Assembly: GCA_013265495.1 (NCBI GenBank)
Contig: MU058815.1
Span: 504,523 to 568,522 of the forward strand
DNA length: 64,000 nt
Source: Vicugna vicugna
Taxonomy: Eukaryota
Direction of reading: 5' to 3'
Shown here: in pieces, positions 40,001-54,779 of the stretch
Position numbering within the stretch: position 1 is the stretch's first letter
Layout of the letters: the number at the start of each line of letters is the position of its first letter
The notes under the pieces: model-generated
Seen by the model: only the letters and a program-made list of their open reading frames with translations
The model's database searches: none
Told to the model about the DNA's origin: nothing
Translations under genes and position numbers: made by a program

Positions 40001-40426
40001 CTTTGTTCATAAATTCATAAATTAAGATCTGCTGCCACTGTTTCTTCCAGTTAATTGACACATGATTTATTGTGATATGAATAAACCCATTTTGAATTCA
40101 CCGGGTGTATCCTGTTCCCACCCCAAGGAGCTCTGGTGTCATTTCTGCAGAGCCGGGAGTACACAGCCCCCTCCCCCCAAAACGCGCAGCGTTCCTCTCT
40201 CTCTGCCCGGATTACCTTCCTCCAAATTTGCCAGCTGTAATGATGGCAATGATGAGGCAATTACTATCAGACGTGGCTCTCTAACCTGAGGTGCATTTAG
40301 TAAGCCCCCTTATTTAATATTCAAATGTGATCCAAAGGCAAGTTTTCATGACAAATTACCATTTCATTTATAATTTAGCTGGTTAGAAAGTATAAAAGAA
40401 CCGTATAATTTTCTTCAAAAGAATCA

Positions 40427-40579
<153 letters not shown>

Positions 40580-42574
40580 TCAAATTAGGGTGTAAAGGGC
40601 CTTGTCAGCATTCTCAGAAGAGGAATGCTTGCTTTTGTAAGCTGACCAACAACCACTTGTTAAGTTGAACACCACAAATAAATAAAGCATGTCTGAACCC
40701 TAATACGTCACTGTTTGCACTTCGCTCTGCAAGTCTTTCCACATAACTACCGTATCGATTCTGTTCCAAGAAGCACACTTGTGCCACATCTTGACCTCTG
40801 AGAAATCACCAAGCATCTCACTATGGATAGTCTATCAGCTACTCACAGTAACTTTCTCTTCCTGAAAAATAAATGAAACACTGGCACATCTCACCACCAG
40901 TGGCATCTCTGGTTTGGCTGCCACACGACTCTGCCACTACTTTGCCATGAAAAGCAATACTGGATCGCTGAATCTACACAACCCAGGAGAGTCTACATAA
41001 CCCATAATCTGAGTATGCGGATTAAACTTCCGGAAGACCTCCTAGATGGAGCCCAGGCCGCGTGCTGGCGCGCACCCGGCTAACCACTGCAGGGCTGCGG
41101 GAAGAACGGGCCACAAGCGCCCTGGAAACCTGCAGGGAGAGCCAGCAGCCCGTGCCTGAGCTGCTGTCCCACAGGCTCCCGACAGCGAGGGGGAAGCAGC
41201 AGGACGGGGCAGGGGGCTGAGGTCACAGCAATTTGGACCCCTCTTCTGAGCTCCGGGCATTCACTTACTGAGCTGGTATTTACCGAGCACTTATAAATGC
41301 CAAGTGCCACCCTAGGCGACGGGCTGGTACAAACTGCTGAGAGTGCTATAAAAAAAGGGTGCAGCGAGTCGGGGCAAGATAAGCAAAGAGCAGGGCATGT
41401 GCACACGCGTGTTGTTTCTAAATCAGGGAGGCCTGAGGAGAAGAGTGATTCTGACAGGACGCAGGGGTTTCTGTGGGCCTGGATCCACAAGGGCACCGAA
41501 CTCCTCCGGTGGCACAGGTTTGCCCACGTGCAGCAAGGGGCCTTGATCGGGCCTGAGAGCCTGGGGAAGGCTTTCCTGCAGAGGCGGTGCACGTGCCGGG
41601 CGAGCGGGAATTCAGCAGGAGACGAGAGGAGGAATGATACTGTAGGGACAGGGACTTGGCAAGTGCAAGGGCCCTGAGGTGAGAGGAAACGAGCACCTAA
41701 GGCTAGTGAGGCTGCACAGCACGATTACCTAAGGGAAAACGGTAGAAAATGGGCCTGAAAACGAAGTCTGGAATCCACGAGATCGTAATAAGGACCTGGA
41801 TCTTTATTTCAGGAACAGTGGAAACTCTTAAATGGAGCAGGACAAAATCAGATTTGCATTTTTAAAATTCTGGCTACGGTCTTACAAAGAAAAAGGGGAA
41901 ACAAAAGTCAATCTGAGGCCTAAAATTAAGAGTCATTTAACTGTCCACTCAAAAGATGACCGAGGCTCGGGCTGAAGGCAGGTGCTTCCGACAGGTGTAA
42001 CCAGCTGCCTGGGCTCTGCCAGCCCTCATACCACTCTTCTCCGCCCTTCCCTCCACAGTCCACAGCAACAGCACGCATCCACTGCATGTGGACACACGTG
42101 TGTAGGTTTGCGCGTGGGAGGTTAAGGAAGCTCCCCCAACTCATGGCTTCTATGCTCCTAACAAGTCACGATGCAAGATCGGCAAAGACCAGGAGCTGCG
42201 GTGAGGGTGCTGCGACGTGGGGCGACTCTATCAGGCAGTGGGAGTGGCCGTGTGGGCTGTGACCACAGACTCACAGGGACACCGTGCTGTCACAGAGCTG
42301 GTGGCTGGCCCTGGCTTGCATACGTTCAGCCTGCTCAGCATCAAGAGAAAAAACATAGGAGCAACGATTGAGCCCCGACACCTTCCGGCACCTTCCAGAG
42401 GAGGTCTATGTGCTCTGCGGAGCTACCTGGCGGGTTAACTATGTATTTCTTTAAAAATGAAAAAAAAAAATCAGTATTTCTTTAGGCAGATGACCTCCAT
42501 CGAAGGAACTCTCTAGGAGGGCCAATGTTGCCTCTAAGGGAATTCTGATGGGAGACGCAGGTGACGGCCACTTA

Positions 42575-42763
<189 letters not shown>

Positions 42764-45700
42764 TCAACTAAAGAAAAAAAGAAAAGAACATAAGCAGTTT
42801 AGTTATGAACACTGTGACCCGGTGGTCAAACTGTAATTGTTTTTGAGTTATAAGTTATAGAATGCCTATTGAGATACTTCTGGGCCAAAACTATTTCTAC
42901 AGTCTGTGAACTGAACCGGCTACTCACCCATCCGTGAGTATGCGGCCAGGACGGCTGACTCTGAGCCCTGCTTCCACGGCACTCTAGCACGGCTTCAGGG
43001 CCCAGTGACTCTACCTGCTCCAACGTCCCTCAAGCAACAATGCTGAAGCTTGACCAACATACGACGTACGTTATTAAGTTATTAATGCCTTTTTGCATTT
43101 TAGCAGAAATGAGCAAACCAGGCATTAAGACAACTGTCAACCAGCTTAAAAAAAAAAAAGAAGAAAGAAAAGGAGTTAATTTAAAAAGAACCCCACGTAT
43201 ACTCTGCATCAAAACACAGAGACTTTTTCGGCTGCGGTGCTCCCTCCTGCAACTGTCTGTGCCAGCGCTCAGCTGGGCCACCTGCCGCCACTCTGCAGCA
43301 CTGAGCCTCTGTCTGAACTGTTTTTTACGTGTACTGGTGAATTTGAAGTATAGCACAAAGAGAAATACGGTCCTTTTATGGAAGCAGCTTAAGAAGAAAT
43401 GTTGATGTAATTATGGGGATAAATTGTAATTATTAAACTGGTATTTTTTTTTTCTCTCTTAAATCATGGTTCCTCATAGCCCTGCACCTTCCCAGGCTAA
43501 GCAAAGAGGCTTCACACCCTGGGAAGGAGAGAGGATGTCTGACTAAACACAGAGGACCCTCGACTGTGAACCGAAAGCTGGGGTAGGAACCCACTATTGA
43601 ATGAGGGATGAGAAGACACAGAGGCTCCAAACTAAACCCCAACTTGATGGCAAGAGACGTACAGTGAGGAATAAAATTTACCAGCGACATCCAAAAAATA
43701 AAATAAACTGAAGCCCACTTCACCATGCAGACTTCTTAAAGGATAACACAAAATTGTGAAGATGAGCTAATCATCCCACTCCAACCAAGGAATGAGAAAA
43801 AGCTGGGCGCGCTTCTGCCTATTTGTAAGTTAAAACGTATCAACAGTCTATTGACGAAAACCACACGAAATGCCATTTGATTTCCACCACAAGCACACAC
43901 AGTCGTTTTTATAGAACTGACACCGTCATTATATCAACATTAAACGGACACAGGATGCTGCAGGAACGACGTTTAGGAGAATGCCTCCCAGTTGACCACA
44001 ATGGGACTAGAGGGGCACTGAGCTCTTTAAGCATCAAACCTGTGACATCAACACCACCACGTCTGAGGACTTGGTCTTGCTCCCGCCTGCCTGCCCTTCC
44101 ACGAGAGACGCTGCTGGAGAGGCTTTGGGCAAAATCCGGCAAGAACGCGGAAAGCAGTGGCACACCAGAGAAGCAGCCACCTTCCACGCGGCCGCGCAGC
44201 GCGTGCCTCGGGCGTGTCATCTTCTCCATCCTCGTCGATGCCCTCAGGGCACCCTCCCTGCACACAGGTCCCCACCGCCCTGCGGCCTCTCGCGTCTTAG
44301 CAGACATGAGGGGATGGTCCCCATGGGAGGCCTTCTTCAAACTGTACCGCTGCCTGTAAAGTGGGTCTCACCTACTCCCAATCTCCACCGTTCAGCTAGC
44401 AGGCGGACAGCCCGAGTCACAGCGAACCGCTTTCATTCAGTATCTCCATTTCAAAAAGAAAAACATGCTTTGTATACAGGCGAACTGCTTTTGCCAACTA
44501 CAAAAAGGGATTTAAGTCATTCTGCACACTTAGCGCTAAAAGCCTCTTTTCACTGACCAGCAACAGAACAGCCAAACAGTCTTGGCTTTGCTTCAGGGCT
44601 TCGGAGCCAGTCAGCTGGCTGGGAACCTTGTCAGGCGTATTCCCAGTGTGTGTGTTCATGACCATTTTCACGTCGTTGTCATGAAGTCACAAGAAGAATC
44701 TCTCTACAATAAATCAACGACGTACTGGCTCTTGCCTAGTCCCAGAAGTTAAAAAAAAGACTGGCCTTTCCTCCTCCTATCCAAAGGCACTGGGTTTTGG
44801 CTGACATCAGCCTTGAAAAGCAGGCTTTACGGCAGGTAAACATGGTAGACTGCGTAACTTCTTTTGATATATGGCAGCCACCCTGCAGTGAAGAACCCCT
44901 CAACCCAAGGGCGGGGGAGGCAGCAGAGAAACGCTGCCAGGGCGTGTTCTTTGACTTTGGACGTCTGTCTTCTGTGTGTATGATCCATTTCAACAGTTGG
45001 TGCCATAGATCTGCATGGAGCGCAAACCAGATGCTACATTCTCTAACTCACTGCTACGAGCACACATGGTCAACGAGAGGTCGCGGAGGGAGGTGACCAG
45101 AAAAGCCTGTGTCTTCCCAGCACTCACTGTACTTTCTGGCACCTGCTCCCTCACCAGAACATAACAGATGGGAGGCAGGGCCCGTGCACAACGCCCCACA
45201 CCAAGCCCAGGGCCTGGCCAAGGTGGCCGTCACAGGGGGTTCAGGTCTGGGATCCCTCATTGCCAGGTGTGAACCCCGGACAGGCCTGTAACGGCTGCGC
45301 CTCTCAAGTCCTCCCTCTGTCAAATGGTAAAAGGCACCAGCCTCAAAGGACTGTTGGGAGAACCGCAAGAGTTAATGCTTATTACACTCAGAACAGTGCC
45401 TGGCATGGAAAAAGCCATATGCTGTGTGTTTGTTCAGTTAAATCAATATTTGTAGAATAAAAGAAAAAGCATTCTTTCAGAAGGAAGAAACAGTAATACT
45501 ATCTCCTAATTAAGTAATCCAAACCCTGCATATTTAAGGACTATCTCACACTGAAGTCACTTGTTCAGTCTCCTATTTGTCAGAACAATAGGAGCTATTA
45601 TGGCCTTCCCGGTTGCTTTCCACAGGCCAGACCATAAAACAGCCAACTCTAGAGAAGTCTAAAACAACCAACCGTATTTTCTTTCTCTTAAGATCTCCGT

Positions 45701-47299
45701 ATTTTTGTGTTACATACTTTTTTTAAATCCCTGGAGACTTGGACCATTTTTCTTAAAAGTACAGATTTCACTCACTTACGCCCTCATTAGAACATAAACA
45801 CAGTGCTCACTGTTTCCACGCGGAGTATCTTATGTGACTCTTACCAAAACGTTCTAAGCTGTGCAAAGGCCATTCCCTGGCACTATGCCCGCTAAGCAGG
45901 CCCCAGGCACGCGGGATAAACCGCAGGTAAATGAGATCTGAATGCAGCACAAACAAAACAAACAAACAGAGCAGGTCACCAAGAGAAAGCACCAAAGTGC
46001 ACTGGGACACCATCAGCCTCAGAGGAGAGGAAGGCTTCATGACCGGATAAAACTGCCTGACTGGTTCTCAAACACACATTGAAACAATAAGACGATGAGA
46101 AGGTGGGAAAACTTCTGATCTACCTAGTCCTTACAAGCCTGTAAGAAATCGCCGGGCCTTTCGGAGGCGGAACATTCAGTCCAAGAAACTAGACGGATTT
46201 TAATTCAACCATCAATTTTCCTTTTCTGTATTAATCATCTAATATGTTAACTGTGAAACAGTAAAAAGAGAATGTTTTAATAAGGAAATTTACTTTTACA
46301 GTAAGTGACTTTCATTCGTTATTTGAAAAGTTGAGAAAAACGCTAAAAGAAGGGAGTATTTTCATCATTGAAAATAGATGCCTGAGTGATACTTTCAGGG
46401 GGGAAAAAGAAGACAAAATTAAAAGGAAACTTTTGGTGGTCCAGGGAACGACACCCCAGCCTCATGAATAAACAGCAACTTCAGATGAGAGGAAAGGGGT
46501 CTTCCCTTCTGCTCAGTGCAAAGGGCAAGTGCAGCCTAAATATTTAGAATAATTTAGTGGTTGAGGGTATTTTAGAGATTTTAAATACAGCCTTAGCTGA
46601 CCTCAGGTAGCTTCCCTGAGTTTAAGTAACGCTGAAATTTCAAGGTAATTTGATATAACCACAATTATTTAAGTTTAGTTCCAGAATAAGGAAAAACAGA
46701 AAATATCCTGCTGGAAAACCAAGAAGTAAAAAAAAAAAAGTATCATATACATATAAAGAAAGGAAAAAAGATGACAAACAAGCACGGGCAACTGCTGAGA
46801 AGGAAGGAAACAAGTTTATAAGAATGACAGTGTACTTGGAAAACGTTGCACATTACTTCATGTTGTAGGTGTGGTGTCTCATTACAAAACTATTGCACTG
46901 CAAATTAACCTTCACCTTTGTCCAGATACCAGTCTCTTTGAACCTTCAACTACATTAGGGTAAGGATGACACAGTGACCAATAAAGTGGTTTACAGAGGA
47001 GCTGATACACAACTGTGTTCATTACACTACTTCTGGTGGCCCATTCTGACACCTGAAAGATCAAATCCAATTTAAATTTAAAATAAATCTGAACAGCAAG
47101 GTACAGAACATGTACGAGGTCTGCTACCATTTTTGCAAAACTTGGGAGGAAAATGCATGGGAGTGGTTCGCACATGCTGCAGAAAGTCTCTGGAAGAATT
47201 AACAAGAAACTACAATAGTAGCTGTCTTTTCTGGGGGGTGGATGGCCACGGGGAGAAGAGTTCACTCTTCATCTGAATTATTCAATCAAGAAAATTAAT

Positions 47300-47725
47300 T
47301 TAGCATGGATCTAGAGGGCTTTATAGTAACTGAAGTAAGTCAGACAGAGAAAGGCAAATGTCGTATGATCTCACTTATATGTGGACTCTAAAAACAAACA
47401 AACAAACAAAATAAACAAAATGAGAATAAACTCATAGAGAACCTGGGTGGTTGCCAGGGGGGAAAGGGACGAGGGGTGCTGGCAACAATTAGGTGAAGGG
47501 AAGATGTACAAACCTTCAGTTATAAAATAAATAAGCAATCGGAATGTAATATAAGCATAAGGAACATGGCCAATAACAGAACAATAACTTTAGGGACTGG
47601 CGGTTACTAGACTCATCATGGTGAGTATTTCATAATGCATGCAAATGTTAAATCACTACATAGCACGCCTGATACCAATGCAGTTTTGTAGGTCAACTAT
47701 ATTTCAATTAAAAAATTGATTTAAA
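47300..47725 (+). mobile_element. L1 3'-end fragment in intron 5
   Basis: 'gaagtaagtcagacagagaaaggcaaatgtcgtatgatctcacttatatgtgga' ... 'gtcaactatatttcaattaaaaaa'. Confidence 0.8.
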
Positions 47726-49136
47726 AACCATTAAAGACCCTCAAGTTTGAAAGCACATAACATCCTATAATGCACATTAAATTTCAGGTGATCCAAACGG
47801 AGGCTGACTGGGCTACGACAGCATCTTTCCGTAGCTCTGGGAAAACAGGTCTTGAAGATTTGAAACATTTTCCCCCCAACTGCTTGATTTAGCAATACAT
47901 TTCTTACCTGTCTTCTCTGATTAACTCCCCAGCAAGAGCTAAGGTCACACATGCAAATAAAATCTACTAGAAAGAGGCTTCTAAGAAAGCAATGTCTTTA
48001 CCCCAGCAAGCAGATCATAGAAAAAAGCCTTGCTGATCAGATTACAACAAACAACTCTGTAAAAAAAAAAAAAAAGCCTTCTCTAGTTTTCCAGTTCTTA
48101 TCAAGGAAATAACAGCCTACCAATAAAAAGCAGGCAAGTAACTCATGTTTGCACTAGCCTAGAGGGAAAAAGGAGACTCTGACCTGAGCTCTTTTCAAGT
48201 CTTTGGTTTTGCCATTAAGACTGGAAATCAGGACACGTGTTTTCTAGTTTTAGGACTGAAATTAGCTGTGTGATCATGAGGAAATCACTTAACCTCTCTG
48301 GGCTGTCTAGTCCTCTGAATAGCTGGGATACTGAAACATTAGAGTGTAAACATCCTTTCCAGCTGTAAGAGTCTTGGACACCAACTCCCATCGTCTGTTC
48401 CAATACAAACAATTTAACCACCAAACCAGCTAAGGGATGAAGAAAGGTGCTCCCTTCAATAAAAACATCTTAACTGTTCAAGTGAAGAAAGCACACGACC
48501 CAGAAAACAAAATGAGCACAGAAGGGAAGAGAGACTCCCCTGCTCCACTTTCCCACCCTCTGACTTTTCATAGAACAGAATGCCATTTCCAGTCATATCT
48601 TCATTTGAACAGTTATTTAACAACATCTTCGAAATTTTCAGAAGCCAACAATACACATTTAATAAAAACTACCACAAAATTCCAGGGTCTTCTTGATGAC
48701 TCTGATTTAGGGAGTTCATAGTGCTTGAAAGTCACACCCTCATCCTCCTCTGCAGTCAGCCCATCCCCGGGTCATTCACACAGAAGGAAATCAGTGACCC
48801 TTCATCTTCATTCCCAAAAGCAAAGGGTTACGCAGTCTATCACCACCGGCCCCGCCCGTCGGTCTTCGCCTTCCTCCCGGCACGTGGTGGCTGCCCAGCT
48901 AGAGCAGTTTCCCGGTCCGTCTGCAGAGAGGCGTGACCCCGGGTATGTTCTCATCAGCGGAGCGAGGGCAGAGTGATGTGCGACACCGCCTGCCCACCAA
49001 ACTGGGTACCGCTGTCCTGCCCTCCTGCTCCCTCACACTCATCGCCTGACTTCAGCCCCGGACAGCGACAGTGCCCTCAGAACCAGAGCAACGAGACGGA
49101 AGATCCGGGTTCCTAAACAACTGTAAAGAGCAGAGC

Positions 49137-49261
49137 TAGGGAGCGTATAGCTCAGTGGCAGAGCGCATGCTCAACACACACGAGGTCCTGGGTTCAATCC
49201 CCAGTACCTCCATGAAAATAATACATAAATAAACCTAATTACCCCCCCTAAAAAAATAAAT
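49137..49261 (+). mobile_element. tRNA-Ala-derived SINE in intron 5 with a perfect 13-bp TSD
   Basis: TAAAGAGCAGAGC at 49124-49136 and 49262-49274. Confidence 0.92.
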
Positions 49262-49500
49262 TAAAGAGCAGAGCCACTCGCTACTGGATGCGTCCCCTTA
49301 CAATGTCTTGCGTGGCAGGCACAGACTGTCTCCTCACACCTCTGTCTCCCGGGGCAAGTGCAGCAACAGCTCAGGCTTCGCGTGCCGAGACGGCGCACCT
49401 TCTGTGCCGACGGCTCTTCTCCGCGAGGGACAGTCAGCCCTAGACCAGAGCATCCCCCACCAGTGGTCCAAGCTCACCAGCTGAACACCACAACTCATCA

Positions 49501-49659
<159 letters not shown>

Positions 49660-50206
49660 CTATGTGGAAATAAAAAAAATACGTAAAAACATTAAAATTA
49701 AATTTTAATAATTTATCTTTCAGAGTTCAAAACTGACATTTCCTATTCTTGAATCCACATAGCTCTCCGGTCTCCGGCTTTTCTTCCTTTCTTAGAACTC
49801 AGACAATTCTGACAGGATGTAAAGAAAAGAGGGAGGTGAGATTTCATAACACTTCATAAGTGTTATGACTTAAAATGTGAAAAAGGTTTATTAGCCTGAT
49901 CGTCAAAACCTGGTTAACTCAACACATTCATAGGTTTTGGCATTTGTGAGCCTAAGTCTTTCCTCAGAAAATGTTTAGTGGCCCACAACCCTAGGAGAAG
50001 AGTCAATCCCCCGGACACGTCTCCCTGTTCCCCAGTCTGGCTCCTTCAGTCCTCTGGCTGCCACCCAGCACCGCGCCCCATGAGACACTGTGACTCCTCT
50101 GCTGGAAGCTCAGTCACAGCTCTGTCAGAGAAGAGTAATGACAGACACCCACAGAGCCCTCTCTGATGCTCTGCGTTTGTGTCTTATTTTCTGTCCAGTT
50201 TCTTCA

Positions 50207-50449
<243 letters not shown>

Positions 50450-50524
50450 CTACTCTATTTGCACACTGGTTTCTCACCCCTGTTAAATTTTAAAAAGTAC
50501 AACTAGAAAATGGTATATTGGGGT

Positions 50525-52570
50525 GGCAATCTACAGAGTCAAGGCAATCCTTATCGAAGTATCAATGACATTTTTCACAGAATTAGAAAAAAAAATTCTA
50601 AAATTTGTATGGATCCTAAATAGCCAAAACAATCTTAAGAAGAACAAAACTGGAGGATCACATTCCTTGATTTCAACTACACCACAAAGCTACAGCAATG
50701 AAAGCAATACGGTGCTGTCACAGAAACAGACATACAGATCCACGGTACAGAATAAAGAACCTAGAAATTAACCCAGGCTTATGTGAGCAATTAATCTATG
50801 ACAAAGGGAAGCCAGAAAGAGAAATAAAAATACCATATGAGATCGCTCATATGTGGGCTCTAAAAAAACCCCAAAAAACCAAAAAAAAAAAGCATAAATA
50901 CAAAACAGAAACAGATTCATAGACATAGGATACAAACTTGTGGTTGCCAAGGGGGCAGGGGGTGGAAAGAGATAGACTGGGATTTCAAAATTGTAGAATA
51001 GATAAGCAAGACTATATAGTATAGCACAGGGAAATATATACAAGATCTTATGGTAGCTTACAGAGAAAAAAATGTGACAATGAATATATATATGTTCATA
51101 TATAACTGAAAGATTGTGCTCTACACTGGAATTTGACACAACATTGTAAAATGATTATAAATCAATAAAAAATGTTAAAAAAAATCTATGACAAAGGGGA
51201 CAAGAATATACAATGGGGAAAAGACAGCCTCTTCCATAAGCAGTGTTGGGAAAACTGGACAGCTATATGCAAAAGAATCAAACTATTACCTTCTCACACC
51301 ATATACAAATGTAAACTCAAAATGGATTAAAGACTTAAACATAAGACCTGAAACCATCATCAGTGAAACGCAAAGCAAAACCACAACGAGATCTCTATCA
51401 CCGCAAACTCGTCAGAATGGCCGCCATGAAAAAGACCACAAATAACACATGCTGGCAAGGATGTGGAGAAAAGGGAGCCCTCACGAACCGTTCGTGGGAA
51501 TGTAAACTAGTGCAGCAACTATGGAAAACAGTATGGAGATTCCTTAAAAAGTTAAAAATAGAACTACCACACCATCTAGCAATTCTACTCCACAGTATTT
51601 ATCCAAACAGCACAAAAACACTAATTAGAAAACACATTTGCAACCCTATGGCATTTCAGCATTATTTACAACAGCCAAGGTATGGAAGCACCTGAGTGCC
51701 CACTGATAGATACACGGACAGAGAAGATATGGTATAGATATATATACACAATGGAATATTACTCAGCCATGAAAAATAAAATATTGCCATTTGTGACAAC
51801 ATGAATAGACCCAGAGAGTATTATGCTGAGTGGAATAAGTCACACAGAGAAGGAAAAATATGTATGATTTCACTTAAATGTGGAATCTGAAAAACAAAAC
51901 AAATGAACAAACATAACAAAACAGAAACAAAGTCATAGATACAAACAGGTAGTTGCCAGAGGAAGGGGAGTAGGGTAGGAAGAAAAATGGGTGAGGGAAA
52001 TTAAGAGGTACAAACTTTCAATTACAGAATAAATAAGTCATGGGTATGAAATGTACAGAAACAATTATGTAATATCTTTGCATGCTGACAGATGGCAACT
52101 AGACTCATTGTGGTGATCATTTGAAATGTGGTAACCATTTTGAAAGTCACCATGGTGTGCAGCAAGAATGAATACAGTGTTTTAAGTCAATTATACTTCA
52201 AAAAGAAACAAATAAACAAACTTAGAAGAGACCAGACCTGTGGCCACCAGAGGCGGGGTGGGAGGAGCGGGAACCAGATGAAGGTGGTCAAAAGGTGCAA
52301 ACTTCCAGTTATAAGATAAATAAGTACTAGGGATGTAAAGTACAACACAATATAGTTAACACTGCTGTAAGTCATATACGAAAATTGTTAAGAGAGCAAA
52401 TCCTAAGTGTTTTCATCACAAGGAAAAACTTTTTTTTTTCTATTCCTTTAATTTTGTATCTATGTGAGGTGATGGATGTTCACTGAACTTAATGTGGTAA
52501 TCATTTCACAATAAGTCAAACCATTAAGCTGTACACCTTAAACTTACACAGTGCTATATCTCAATGAAAC
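50525..52570 (+). mobile_element. L1 cluster in intron 3 (ORF2 C-terminal remnants plus 3' ends)
   Basis: Track peptides [51 protein letters not shown] and WECKLVQQLWKTVWRFLKKLKIELP match L1 ORF2. Confidence 0.92.
50809..51182 (+). mobile_element. Young 5'-truncated L1 3' end nested in the older L1
   Basis: 16-bp TSD AATCTATGACAAAGGG at 50793-50808 and 51183-51198; ends with AATAAA and an A tail. Confidence 0.88.
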
Positions 52571-54779
52571 TTGAAATTTTTTTGTTTCTAATTTTTAAAA
52601 ACCACTTCATTGTGAACAAATGCTAACCATAGTGAGGTAACACAGGGTTGCCACAAACCTTCCATTTATAAAAAGTGCAGCTCTACCGGCGTGCAGCAAA
52701 GCCAAGTGTAATGAAATGAGGTAAGTCTATATATTAACACCTGGCCAATGACAGCAGCTGCCCTCACATACTGTGAAGTTACACATAGGTCTTTTTCTAC
52801 AGAGAAAAATAAAGTTGAATAACCATGTACAAGGGTGAATTCCAGATATATTAAAAAACCTAAAAAATATTTTGGAAATAACACAAGGAAATTTAGAAGC
52901 ATCTTTGGGACCTTAGAGTAGGAAATGATCTCTGAAACAAGTCTAGTGCCCAAACATACAACCATGAGGCCAGAAGGGATGAACCTGACCGAGTCAAAGT
53001 TAAGAATTTTGGTTCAATGAAGATACCAAAGATGAAATTAACAGACGGGCGATAAACAGATTTACTGTATGTCATGAATCAAAGATGGCATCAACTGTAT
53101 TTTATCTACCAGTAAGGAAAAAAAAACTACTGCCAAGTAAAATGTAAGGATGTTTTCTTATCATCTAGATTTCGGTTTATATTTCCTGAAAAGGCATCCT
53201 GGCAGATTTCCGTCCTCCTACTTTTGTACTTATGAAAGAAAAATCAGCAAGGCAAATCAGGCAAGACATTCGTAACCTCTTTCCCTGAGCTCTGGCTGTC
53301 TGTTCTGTGCTCCGTCATCGGCATCAAGGGGGATGCATGCGCCCTGCTAACAGGAGTGTATCCTGGCACTGCTTGGGAGGACGCTCCGCGGTCATCTCTG
53401 CGCTTACCTGACGAGTCAGCATCACCCATTCTCTAAGTCTAATGCTGGAACTCTCCTACTGAACCAAACTCCTAGGTTCATCTTTCCCCAGTTGAATCAC
53501 ATGTCTCTAGAAAGTAAGCTGATGGTATCCAAAGGCAGCATCAGTCTGACAAAGGCATGTTCACAGCCTCAGTCGAGCAGCCTCTGTCCACCTGTTCAGA
53601 GGTGTCGGGCCCTTTCTCCGACCAGCAGGGGACTGGCTGAACGTAACTCAGCTGAGGTGCTGGCAGCGAGCACAGCCGTGACCGAGTTCACCGGGACACA
53701 GGCAACGACACCTTCCCCATCCACCCCCAGCTGCCAGGGACTCTCAGCAGCTCCAAGAGTCATACCCATCTCCGTGACCTTAACACAGGAAAAAAGACAA
53801 GTGTTCCTTAGGGCCACTGTAACAAGGGTACTGCTCAAAACGTGACTGAGGACTAACGGCTACACAGCATATGGAACTCATGCTAATCAAGACAGGCTAG
53901 GAATCAAGGAGAAAAAGAAGTAAAAGATGTGAACAGGCATCCTCAGGACGCCAGCAGCTAATGTAATAATAAGCAGAAGAAATGGTACTTGAAGGCTCAA
54001 ATAATCAGCGAAATGCAAAACAGAACAACGTCACTACCAAACACGGCTGTGGGAGACTGGAACCCCGGGCTGCTCGCTCAGGGGTCCCCACGTAGAAGAG
54101 GCCCCCAGGGAGATGAGACAGGCATGTATCAGTACCCAGTTCCCGGTTCCACATCCCCAGACACTCAAACAAGTCCACAAGAGGGTAGTAAGCACCAGGT
54201 CTCTGTGGCAGCGAGGAGTGGGGACAGCCTAGGTGTGCACCACAAGGACATGGCTAAGGAAACCATGGTGGTCGCCACAAGGCGACGACACACAGCGGCC
54301 AGAAGACATGCCTGGGAAGCGCACCCAGCAGTGCCCCCTCTCTGTCCGCCCTGCTTGACATTCCATCAGACCGCCGAACACGAACTAACACTGCGTTCAC
54401 CTCAGTCCTGGTCCGCCTGCCCCAAGAGACCTGACTCTGATGTGGTCCTCAAACACAGCAGGCACTCAAGTATTAGTTGAAAAACTAAGTGCTGAGTAAA
54501 AAAGCTTGAAAAAAAAGATGAGAATGAAGTCTAGAGCACAAAATTAAAAAATTTATAAAACATTAAGATTATATGGTTTCAAGGGTACATGAATAAGAAA
54601 AATAATAGAATGTATGATTCTAATAACAAAACAATGATAGAAAGCGTAACACAAGTGTTACAGTGGGATGGCTCACTGGGGAGGAGCTCTGATGCGGGCG
54701 CTGGGGGTGGAGGAAACAAGGCATAAAGCAAGCGACTGCACCGCCTTGCATGGGTGCTGACGGCAGCGGCACTGAGCGG

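Noticed and set aside
43877..44556. Cluster of 140-160 aa ORFs on both strands in intron 5 (possible nested gene or retrocopy)
   Set aside because: No recognisable protein, poly(A) tail or TSD; consistent with a local GC-rich patch.
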